IMG/VR virus record: IMGVR_UViG_3300037882_003354
Span: 186,001-250,000 of that record
Length of the DNA: 64,000 nucleotides
Direction: 5' to 3' (one strand)
Shown here: one piece after another, positions 1 through 9,500 of the stretch
Numbering within the stretch: the stretch's first letter is position 1
How the letters are laid out: every line of letters starts with the position of its first letter
The notes under the pieces: model-generated
The model's database searches: none
Told to the model about the DNA's origin: nothing
Seen by the model: the letters and a program-made list of their open reading frames with translations, nothing else
Made by a program: the position numbers and the translations under genes

Positions 1-3000
1 CCGGCGGTGTTGTTGAGCAGTGCTTGGTAACCCAGAGCACTGTTCAGACTGCCAAGGGTGTTTGAGTATAGTGCAGAGTTGCCAATGGCCACGTTGTTGT
101 CGCCGGTGGTGTTACTGCGCAGTGAATCGGAACCCAGGGCAATATTACCGAATCCCGCAGTGTTTAAGGTCATGGCCAGACTTCCAATGGCTATATTTTT
201 ACAGCCAGCGGTGTTGCTACACAATGCACGTTTGCCTATGGCCGTGTTTTCATTGCCATGTGTATTTCTGAACAGTGCTCGCTCACCAATGGCTATATTG
301 TCGCAGCCGGTGACATTGCCGTAGAGTGCTCGGTATCCCTGGGCCACATTGTTGTTGCCGAGAGTGTTCAGTGCCAGAGACTGGTGCCCCTGGGCAATGT
401 TATTGACACCTGTGGTATTGCTGCATAATGTGCATGCACCGATGGCCACATTGCGGTTGCCCTGGGTATTGGCAGTTAAAGCCTGATGACCCAGTGCTGT
501 GTTAAACGAACCTTGGACGTTGGATTTTAACGAGTTGCATCCAATGGCTATGTTGTGTGATCCTGTTGTGTTGGCTGTTAGACCATAGGCTCCCAGTGCC
601 ACGTTGCCACCGCCGTCGGTGTTGCTGACCAATGCGCATCTGCCCAGCACCAGGTTGTCCTGGCCGGTCTGCGTCATGTTACCCGAGCAAAAGCCCACAC
701 TGATGTTGCCTAGGTTTGATGTGGTATATGCATACACCGCGCCCAGTACCACTGGTGTGGCTGCTGTGGATGTGCTACCAGCACCCCCTCCAGTAAATGG
801 GCTACCGTTGATGTATAATCCGGTGTCATCAACCTTGATACGCTCGGTGGTCCCTGCACCAATCAACACCGTGCCCACGCAATCAGCAGCGGCTGGCAGA
901 CTGCCAATCACAGTGTTGTTCACACCAGTGGTTATGGAACAGCCTGCCAGGGCGCCCACGGCTAGGTTGCCGCCGGTGGCATTGGCATTAAAGAGTGCGC
1001 GGCATCCCACGGCTGTGCTGTTGCAGCCAGTGGTGTTGCTTTTGAGTGCCCAGGTGCCCAGGGCTGTATTATTGTCACCAACAGTGTTGCTGCACATGGC
1101 TCGATAACCCTGTGCAACGTTGAAATTACCATCCCTATTTTTGTGTAGCGCATCGTAACCGATGGCCACGTTCAAGTTGCCAGTGGAGTTGCACCTCAGT
1201 GCATTTGCACCCAGGGCCACGTTGGCTTGGCCCGTGGTGTTGTCCAAGAGGGCATTCCAGCCCACAGCCACGTTAGATTGACCCGTGGTGTTGTTGTAGA
1301 GTGCACCGTAGCCCAGCGCAGTGTTCTGACTGCCAATGGTGTTTTCGCGCAGTGTACCGGCACCCACGGCTGTATTTTCCACTCCCACAGTGTTAGCGTA
1401 GAGTGCCCTGCTGCCCACAGCCACGTTGTCGTAGCCATTGGTGTTGCTGTAGAGTGCTGTGTAACCCTGGGCCGTGTTGCCCACGCCGGTGGTGTTGCCG
1501 TAGAGTGCTTGATAACCCTGGGCAGTATTGTTAATACCGCTGGTGTTGTTGGCCAGCGCGGCATTGCCCACGGCTATGTTGTTGTAGCCGGTGGTGTTGC
1601 CGTAGAGTGCATTCATACCTAGAGCAGTGTTGCCGGTGCCCATGGTGTTGTTGGTAAGTGCCGCCCGTCCAATGGCTGTATTGCCGTATCCTGCTGTGTT
1701 GCAGGTGAGTGCGCGATCGCCCACAGCAGTGTTCTGGCAACCGGTGGTGTTACGGTAGAGTGCACCGTAGCCCTGAGCTGTGTTATTACAGCCGGTGGTG
1801 TTGCAGAACAGTGCCAGTGTACCCTGAGCGGTGTTATTACAGCCGGTGGTATTTTTACACAGCGCCATGGCTCCCAGGGCCGTGTTGCATTGGCCAAAGG
1901 TATTACCATAGAGTGCTTGATGGCCCACGGCTACATTATAACAACCAGTGGTGTTGCATTTGAGTGCCAGTGATCCAATGGCCAGATTGCAACTGCCCAG
2001 GGTGTTATTGAATAATGCGCGACTGCCCAGGGCTATGTTGGAGCACCCTTGCGAGTTACTGTAGAGTGCTTCAGTGCCAATGGCAATGGTGCAACAACTG
2101 GTGTTACCGGCGGCGGAGTATTGCCCGGCTAGAGCAGCAAGACCAATGGCTATGTTGAGTGAGGCTTCACAACCATCTTGCATGGCACTTAGACCAATGG
2201 CTATGTTACAGTGGCCTGTACGATTTTTCTCGGCTGACCTAAAGCCCAGGCCTATGTTGTAGCAACCCTCGGTGTTGTAACCAAGCCCACCTATAGATAT
2301 ATTCCGGCTTCCCGCGGTGTTGCAGCCCAGTGCACCGTAGCCCAGGGCCACATTGTATTCGCCGTTGCTTTGATCGTACAACTGTCCGTAGAGTGCTTTG
2401 TTGCCAATGGCTACATTCTGTTTTCCTTGAGCAAAATGCAAGGCATTCAAGCCCACGGCCACGTTACAGCAGCCGGTCAGGTTAAAACTGAGCGCACCGC
2501 CGCCAATGGCCACATTGCCGTCTCCGGATGTATTGAATATATTAGTGAAACCGCCAATGCTCACGTTGTTGCAGGAGTTTATATTGAATCCGGAACCCCA
2601 GCCCAATGCCACACTGTCGCTAGCGGTGGGAAAGGGAAAGCCGGCGCCGGGTACAGTCCAGTTTTTAAAATAACCAGTGCAGCCGAACATGGTGCCCAGC
2701 AACTCGGGTTGTGCTTGTGGCACTAGACCGCCTGATCCAGTGAGTGGTTGGCCGTTGATGCACAGGCCATTGTTGTCCACCTTGATGCGTTCACAGATGC
2801 CAGCGCCTATGAGCACAGTGCATTCCAAACCAGGTGTACCGGGCAATGTACCAATGATGGTGTTGTTGACACCGGTAATCAGGTCGCAGCCTGCACAAGA
2901 TCCTATGGCAATATTACCACCAGTGGCAGTGGCATAGAAGAGTGCTGAGGCGCCGATGGCTATATTGCAGCAGCCGGAGATGTTGCTGTAAAGTGCACTT

Positions 3001-4136
3001 TTCCCCATGGCAGTATTGTTACTACCGCAAACGTTTTCGTAGAGTGCTTCATATCCCTGAGCCACATTGTTGTTACCGCCACGATTCATTTGAAGCGCGG
3101 ATATTCCCACAGCCACATTTGCGCATCCAGTGGTGTTACAGAGGAGCGCAAAATGTCCCTGAGCCACATTGAAATTGCCATAAGTATTGAAACGAAGTGA
3201 GCAGGCTCCCACGGCTGTATTACGGCATCCCGTGGTGTTGCCGCGGAGTGCACCTACACCCACGGCTGTGTTATAAAGGCCAACTGTATTACCAGCCAAT
3301 GCACTGGTGCCCACTGCTGTGTTGTTGCCGCCAGTGGTGTTACGGTAGAGTGCGTTGTACCCTTGCGCCGTGTTGCAGCCACCAAAAGTATTACTAGCGA
3401 GCGAGTTATTACCCACCGCCGTGTTCCAGTTACCAGAAGTGTTGCTGGTCAGCGAATTATGTCCAATTGCCACATTACAACAACCAGAAATATTATTACG
3501 AAGTGCCTGACCAACGGCTGTATTACGATTACCAACAGTGTTGTTACGAAGTGCAGCATAGCCGTGCGCCGTGTTGAAACAGCCAGTGGTGTTATCGCGA
3601 AGCGCCCAAGCACCCACAGCAGTGTTGCAGCCGCCGTTTACACTATGATTTGCCAGAGCGCACACGCCCACTGCCACGGTCAAGGCACCAGTCATGCTAT
3701 TGCCTGCACAATATCCCAGAGCGGTGATACTACCGGTACTGGTGGTGTATGCGTACACTGTGCCCAGAGTGGTGGGGGTGGCCGGGTTGGTGGTACCTGA
3801 CCCACCTGAGCCCACCAGCACTCCATTGGAATAGATGTTGCCGCCCACGTAAAGATCCAGCCCAACACCCAGACCTCCTCCAACAACCAGTGCACCAGTG
3901 GTGGTGCCCGTGGAGTTGGTGGTGTTTGACAGTGTCAGGGTGCTGGTGGTGGCCGTGGTCAGCACCGAGTTTCCGCCCACGGTTATGTTGCCAGTGGCAG
4001 TGACTGTGGTGACCACCTGAGGGCCGCTGTTGGTTATCAACCATCTTTGGGTTGCCTCATTCCAGGTGTAGATAACACCTGAAGTACTGGTGGAAACTTG
4101 ACCGTTGGTTGGATTTGCTGGATATAATGTTGCCAT
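1..4136 (-). CDS. Cys-rich repeat tail fibre / adhesin-like beta-helical protein, partial (>1378 aa, runs off left edge)
   Basis: ATG at 4136 reads MATLYPANPTNGQVSTSTSGVIYTWNEATQRWL, then many ~14-aa repeats of type NTAVGxxALxxNTTGC. The ORF track lists no ORF in this frame, consistent with no stop codon inside the window. It starts 15 nt downstream of the 4152..6143 gene. Confidence 0.85.
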   Translation of the reverse strand, partial: MATLYPANPTNGQVSTSTSGVIYTWNEATQRWLITNSGPQVVTTVTATGNITVGGNSVLTTATTSTLTLSNTTNSTGTTTGALVVGGGLGVGLDLYVGGNIYSNGVLVGSGGSGTTNPATPTTLGTVYAYTTSTGSITALGYCAGNSMTGALTVAVGVCALANHSVNGGCNTAVGAWALRDNTTGCFNTAHGYAALRNNTVGNRNTAVGQALRNNISGCCNVAIGHNSLTSNTSGNWNTAVGNNSLASNTFGGCNTAQGYNALYRNTTGGNNTAVGTSALAGNTVGLYNTAVGVGALRGNTTGCRNTAVGACSLRFNTYGNFNVAQGHFALLCNTTGCANVAVGISALQMNRGGNNNVAQGYEALYENVCGSNNTAMGKSALYSNISGCCNIAIGASALFYATATGGNIAIGSCAGCDLITGVNNTIIGTLPGTPGLECTVLIGAGICERIKVDNNGLCINGQPLTGSGGLVPQAQPELLGTMFGCTGYFKNWTVPGAGFPFPTASDSVALGWGSGFNINSCNNVSIGGFTNIFNTSGDGNVAIGGGALSFNLTGCCNVAVGLNALHFAQGKQNVAIGNKALYGQLYDQSNGEYNVALGYGALGCNTAGSRNISIGGLGYNTEGCYNIGLGFRSAEKNRTGHCNIAIGLSAMQDGCEASLNIAIGLAALAGQYSAAGNTSCCTIAIGTEALYSNSQGCSNIALGSRALFNNTLGSCNLAIGSLALKCNTTGCYNVAVGHQALYGNTFGQCNTALGAMALCKNTTGCNNTAQGTLALFCNTTGCNNTAQGYGALYRNTTGCQNTAVGDRALTCNTAGYGNTAIGRAALTNNTMGTGNTALGMNALYGNTTGYNNIAVGNAALANNTSGINNTAQGYQALYGNTTGVGNTAQGYTALYSNTNGYDNVAVGSRALYANTVGVENTAVGAGTLRENTIGSQNTALGYGALYNNTTGQSNVAVGWNALLDNTTGQANVALGANALRCNSTGNLNVAIGYDALHKNRDGNFNVAQGYRAMCSNTVGDNNTALGTWALKSNTTGCNSTAVGCRALFNANATGGNLAVGALAGCSITTGVNNTVIGSLPAAADCVGTVLIGAGTTERIKVDDTGLYINGSPFTGGGAGSTSTAATPVVLGAVYAYTTSNLGNISVGFCSGNMTQTGQDNLVLGRCALVSNTDGGGNVALGAYGLTANTTGSHNIAIGCNSLKSNVQGSFNTALGHQALTANTQGNRNVAIGACTLCSNTTGVNNIAQGHQSLALNTLGNNNVAQGYRALYGNVTGCDNIAIGERALFRNTHGNENTAIGKRALCSNTAGCKNIAIGSLAMTLNTAGFGNIALGSDSLRSNTTGDNNVAIGNSALYSNTLGSLNSALGYQALLNNTA

Positions 4137-4151
4137 GCGATTGATCTCTTA

Positions 4152-6143
4152 TTATATATTACTTATCTGTATCCAGAATGTGCTGGTGCCGTCCTTGATG
4201 TACTGTAGATATGCACCAAACACCGTGTCAACCCAAAAGTCCCCCACCCTGGGATCGGCTGGTGGGAAACCTGTATCGGTGGCCGTGAACTTGGGGGTGT
4301 ACAGCAGGTAGTTTTCCTGTGGATTTCCATCAGCACTGTACACTGATCCCGCAACACCCAGGCCACCAGCCACCGTCACGGCACCAGTGGTGGTGGATGT
4401 TGACGCAGCGGTGCTGATGACTGCCAGTTTGGCAGTGCTCAATTTGTCGTCAGCGGTGTTGAAATTTAGATTGAGGGAGGCGCTGATGGGCGAACTGTCG
4501 CCCACAGTGTTGTCAGCCAAGCCCAGATAGTAGGTGGTGTTGGTGACTGTGCCATTTATTTGAATCTCAGTGGTGGCCAGGCCAGCACCGTAAAAATTGC
4601 CGCGTACTGTGAGATCTTTCTCCACAATGAGGTTTTCGCTGATGGCCACACCACCCAGCACACTCACTGCGGCTATCAATTCATTCAGGTATACTTCGCC
4701 ACCACCGGTGTACTCCACATATCCAGAACTATCAAACAGACTGGTCAAATAACCGTCTGTATACAATACCAGTTGGTCAGGTGCCGGGACCTTGACAAAA
4801 AACTTAGGGCCGTTCAACTCTGTCAGACCCTCCACCCCAATGAAGGACACACTCTGTCCAGGTACTATTCCGTGCGGTTCCCGGGTGGTCACAATGGTGG
4901 CTGTGTTTCCCGGCACGCTCCGCTGTACGTCGTCTATAAGGGTCTTAAATGTCTGATCGGTTGCAGTGGTACCAAATCCCACACCCAGGTCGGTGTTCAT
5001 CTGTGTGTAACCGTAACCGTTATAATACAACATGGAACCGATGTTGATCTGGTTGTCCAGCCCATCCACCAGGTTGTCGCCACCTATGCTGATGTTGCTG
5101 TTACCACGTGTCATGTTGCTGGCCACGCTGTGACCCATGAAGAAATTATAACTGCCAGTGGTCAGGTTGGTGGCAATGTTATAACCCAGCAGGAAGTTTT
5201 CCTGACCGTCGATCAGGCTAATACCTGCATTGACACCAATGGCCACGTTGCTGTTCCATACTGTGGTCACATTAACCTTACCGCCACTCTGGTATGGTGG
5301 CAATGCCGAACCATCCAGCGGACTTAGGAAAATAATGTCGTTGTACAGTGCCAGTGTGGATGAATCCACCACAATCACATAAAATTTCTGTTCATTTAAC
5401 TCATCTGGTCCCACTATTTCTGTGACTACAATTCGAGTGCCAGTGGTAAGAGCATGGCCTGGTGAGGTGACCAACACCGGGCTACTTGTGGTAATGTTGG
5501 TGATAGTGGATACAAACAGATACTGGTATGTGCCGATGTTTTTAAGTGCACTGTCACCAATGGCTATGGTGTTTTCCACCCCAGTGCCTGAACTGATGGC
5601 ATATCTGCCAATGGCAATGTTCTTGATTGCGCTGCCCAGGCCATCCAGGGCACTGTGCCCAATCACTATGTTTTCCTGACCGTTGGCAAAGTCGTTGGTC
5701 TGTGTGGTTGCCACACCCTGGATCACAATGTTATTGACTTGTCCCTGTTCATAATTTTTCAATCCTTGGCCGATCAACAGGCCATTCACATGGATGTCTT
5801 CAGCAGTCCAAAGAGCACCACCTATGCCCACACCGCCCTCCACAGTCAATGCACCTGTGTCGGTGCTCACTGACATGACAGTGCCTCGCACCTGCACGTT
5901 GCTGGTACCAGTGCCAATGAACACAATGGGAGTATTGGGTAGGTTGTTATAAACAGTGCCCGAGTTCATTTCCAAGTTGCCCAAGCTGGAACGATAGGTG
6001 GTCACCAGTTTGTCGCTGGTGACCACAGTATAGCCCGTGCTGGTGTCAGGTGTGGCCGGCAACTGAGGTTGCGCGCCGGCCAGGTCAATATATTGACCGC
6101 TGCCACCAGTTCGTAGTGTTCTTCCGCTTAGTAGTGATGCCAT
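4152..6143 (-). CDS. Tail fibre / virion structural protein with NxAIG repeats and two small beta domains
   Basis: 663-aa ORF with STxTGALTVxGGVGIGG fibre motifs, NIAIG repeats, and two copies of (I/V)VT..(P/G)H.....G..(I/V)....G..ELN..KF(Y/F)V....L.LY. Confidence 0.7.
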   Translation of the reverse strand: MASLLSGRTLRTGGSGQYIDLAGAQPQLPATPDTSTGYTVVTSDKLVTTYRSSLGNLEMNSGTVYNNLPNTPIVFIGTGTSNVQVRGTVMSVSTDTGALTVEGGVGIGGALWTAEDIHVNGLLIGQGLKNYEQGQVNNIVIQGVATTQTNDFANGQENIVIGHSALDGLGSAIKNIAIGRYAISSGTGVENTIAIGDSALKNIGTYQYLFVSTITNITTSSPVLVTSPGHALTTGTRIVVTEIVGPDELNEQKFYVIVVDSSTLALYNDIIFLSPLDGSALPPYQSGGKVNVTTVWNSNVAIGVNAGISLIDGQENFLLGYNIATNLTTGSYNFFMGHSVASNMTRGNSNISIGGDNLVDGLDNQINIGSMLYYNGYGYTQMNTDLGVGFGTTATDQTFKTLIDDVQRSVPGNTATIVTTREPHGIVPGQSVSFIGVEGLTELNGPKFFVKVPAPDQLVLYTDGYLTSLFDSSGYVEYTGGGEVYLNELIAAVSVLGGVAISENLIVEKDLTVRGNFYGAGLATTEIQINGTVTNTTYYLGLADNTVGDSSPISASLNLNFNTADDKLSTAKLAVISTAASTSTTTGAVTVAGGLGVAGSVYSADGNPQENYLLYTPKFTATDTGFPPADPRVGDFWVDTVFGAYLQYIKDGTSTFWIQISNI

Positions 6144-6159
6144 TTTACACCTCTATATA

Positions 6160-6564
6160 TTATTGGTTAGCTGTTTCTAATATACTCATCACCAATTGCA
6201 AGGTGCCGGTGGTGGCATTTTCAGGTTGGAAACACCGTATGCTGTCAAGTTCTTCAACGATCAGTTTGCCCGCCAGCACACTGGCTGCATCATTTGAAGG
6301 TATTTCAAATTCTTTTACCAAAAAGTTTGGCGTTTGGGGCAGTTGCAAGCCATTTCCCTGTGCGTCAGCAAGCACTCGTCGATTTCGGAAGTGGACTAGA
6401 CTGACCAGTTGTGATGCTGTGCTGACGTTGGATATCTGTGCCATGAGCACGATGGCTGTGGTGCCTACTGGGGCTGTATAAACAGTGGTCGCCGTGGTTG
6501 TCTCTATGCCCGTCAATACACGCGCAGTTTTTGTTTTAAATGTGTTTAATGGTATTAATGCCAT
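6160..6564 (-). CDS. Small virion structural protein (likely start MALIPLNTFKTKT)
   Basis: SD-like AAAGGA precedes ATG at 6564. The VYTAPVGTTAIVLMAQISNV ... LVMSILET pattern is typical of small structural proteins of aquatic T4-like phages. Confidence 0.6.
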   Translation of the reverse strand: MALIPLNTFKTKTARVLTGIETTTATTVYTAPVGTTAIVLMAQISNVSTASQLVSLVHFRNRRVLADAQGNGLQLPQTPNFLVKEFEIPSNDAASVLAGKLIVEELDSIRCFQPENATTGTLQLVMSILETANQ

Positions 6565-6577
6565 GATGTTTCCTTTA

Positions 6578-9500
6578 TTATCCGCCGGCTTCAATGGCTA
6601 ATATGAACGGAGTCATGTTAGCAAATAACGATTTAGTAAATGTTCGTCCAGATAGTACGCCAGTGGCTTGACTGATCACCAAGCCCGGTCCAATTCTAAA
6701 GTCACCATTCTGGTCAGTGCTGGTAAAGAACACCTTGCCAGTGTCCAACTGAACTGTTTCTTTTCCCTGCACAGGGTCAGCCAGTCCCACTTGTGGCAGA
6801 GCTCCGTAATCAGTACCGGCGCCCACATATTCAAACACATAACCAGATGCGCTGATATACGAACGTTGATAGAAATTCACATTGCAGCCATCTGGGAACA
6901 GATCAGTTCTTCTGACGGCTTCACCAAGATCCACCAGGTGGTGAGTGCGGTCTCTAGACCAGTAGCTCAGACCTGTGAACACGCTGTTGTAATTACCACC
7001 AGACTGCAAATCGTAAATCAATCTCCGCAAGATGAGTTTGAGGTCTCTGCGACACTTGACGTCATCATAGTCGGAAAAATTCAACCCTGGTCCAGCCAAT
7101 CCAGTGCTGCTGGATCCAATATAAGCACTGACTTCTGCTGCCAAGAAATCTAAATTTCGTTCTATCAGGGTTATGGCTGCCCCAGCGCCAGCAGGAATTG
7201 TGCCTGTCTTCAATCTCAATTTGCTGGTATCTGGAACTATTCCATTCGCCTGGGTAAAATCTGGTGCATCGATTATATCGTTGATGATTTTAAATCTTAG
7301 ATTGATAAACGGTGTAGCAGCCGCACCACCGCTGACCAGTAGATCTATTTGTTGCGTTGCAGTGGTCTGATAATAGTCCACAGAAGAGCTAGTATTATTA
7401 CTGATCACAAGGTTGGTCAAGGTGTTTAAATATACCAATGCAGCCAGATGATTTTCCACTTGATCGGGTGGTTGTACTAACGAAGCAGCAAGTGGTACCA
7501 ACGGGCTCGGGTCGCTGTATTCCAAACCATCCGCAGAAAGAATGTTAATTCCAGCCGGCTTGGGGTTTTCAGGATCAACTTTCACACTAATGGGATTCTC
7601 AGCTATGTTACTGCTCAACACCGTATAATAGGCGTTGCCGCAAAATAACAGAGTAAAATACCTGTCGTTTATTTGTCCGGGTTTGTTATCAGGATCCTGC
7701 CCGCCATTGGTCAATGCGTTGTTTAATGTCACGCTCCGATAGCCAATGTCAGTGACCACTGTACCCGAGGCAGCATACATCACTCCATTGGTGCCGGTCT
7801 GGGAGTTGTCTTGGTCCCTGATATAAACAGCATTGCCAACTGCAATACCTTCAGTATCAATTCCAGTGATGGTTATGGTGCCAGTATTCAATATACCAAT
7901 ATCAGGCAGGGCATTCAAGAAACCTGGGAAATTTTGTTCGTTACGGTAGGGACCCAGGTCACCGTTGAAATCACGAAATGCGTCCGGTGGCTCCACTTCC
8001 ATGACCAAGGATATGTGAGGGCGGTCAGCCGTGTCTGGCAGGAACACCTGAACCCTGGCATTGTTGGGCCAGAAACCGTTGGGATAATATTGATTGTCCC
8101 CTTCGTTCTCAATCTCGTCGATCTTGACCCCCGCCAGGTCGCGTTTGAACCTTGGTGGACTGTTGGGATATGCTCGGAATGCAGGGTTATAAATTGTGCC
8201 CGAGAATTTACGCTTGCCATAACCCTTGCTCAACAGGCAAATATCGCCAAAGTTGGCATTACTGTTGACGATGGACGCAATACCGCCGCTGTCAGTTTGC
8301 ACACCCACTGAGGAGAAGATGGTGAACACGGACACCAACTGGGCATAGCCGTCATTGGTGATATGAATTCCGCGGCCGCCTTGTGTCAACTGAGTATATG
8401 CGTCATACACGAATGACTGAATGGGCGAACGACTGCTGACCACTTTGCCATCCACCAGGCTGCCGCCCATGCCACCTATGGGGTCTACTTTTCGTTGATT
8501 CCAAGTGGTGGTCGTGTTGGTGTATGCCAAACTTAATTCTTCAACTTCAAAGTCACGCTTGGGGAACACCAAGACATCTCCAAAATACAGTGTGGCATTG
8601 TTGCCAAATCCTATGGTGGGGGTGTCCAGTCCAATCAAGAATGTTCCAGTAGTGGCCGAAGTCACACTGGTCACCCGAGTGGCTATTTTTGTATCCAGTC
8701 CGTTGATGCCAGTTAGTGAAAATAGTCCACCACCAGCATACACTGGCGGTGCGTATAATGGCCCACGCTCAATGATGGTGGTGATGATGCTAAAATTACG
8801 CATTATTGCCTGCTGCGGCATGTAATCACCACCGTACTGGAAGAAGGTGTTGATCACCTGCTTGGCCACAGTGCCTGTTTGTGGTGTCACTGGTTGGTTG
8901 GCAATGATCTGCAGTGCAATGTCCCTGGCATGATTGAGAGCCAGGGTGGTTGTGGTTTCCTGACCAGTGACATAATTGTACCCGGCGTTCCAATAGGAGA
9001 CTCCAGCCTCTATGGACTTCTGATTGCCACCCAGCAAGATGTCCTGACTCACTGCGTCAATAATTAGTCCGGTGTCTCTGTAACATTTTTCTTGGTTGTA
9101 GTTAAAAGAATTGGGATTCTCAGTATTATTGATATACTGTATGACTTCTGCTGCAATGAATGCCTTGTTGGCATTCAATATTTTAAAGGCGTTCATTGCC
9201 ATGCCTAGGTCGTCGGCAGCAACGAGCGAGATGGGGCGTAACGCTTGCGCTGCACCAGGGCCATCGTCGATTATGGTGTTAATTATATTAATTGCTGCAG
9301 CCAAGGCAGCTGCCGTGGCTGCATTGCTACTAACGAATGAAGAGGTGTTGGCTTGAAGTACAGTGGTTTGTAAAGGAACTATGACCCTATTTTGTATAAT
9401 GTCCCCAATAATGGTGGACATGTGTTCAAATGCGGCCACCGTTTGTGGTTGTTCGCCCTGGATAACTGAAGTAGAGGTGCTCAGATTATAATATGACAAT

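Noticed and set aside
1-4136. Apparent gene-free repeat region suggesting stop-codon recoding, a pseudogene or a CRISPR-like array
   Set aside because: It is one open minus-strand frame that lacks a stop only because it leaves the window. The repeats are degenerate codon-level protein repeats with no constant repeat/unique spacer pattern.
4700-5520. Ubiquitin-activating enzyme E1-like (FCCH-type) segments implying a ubiquitin system
   Set aside because: Only the small beta domain resemblance is present, inside a fibre protein. There is no adenylation domain or other conjugation gene.
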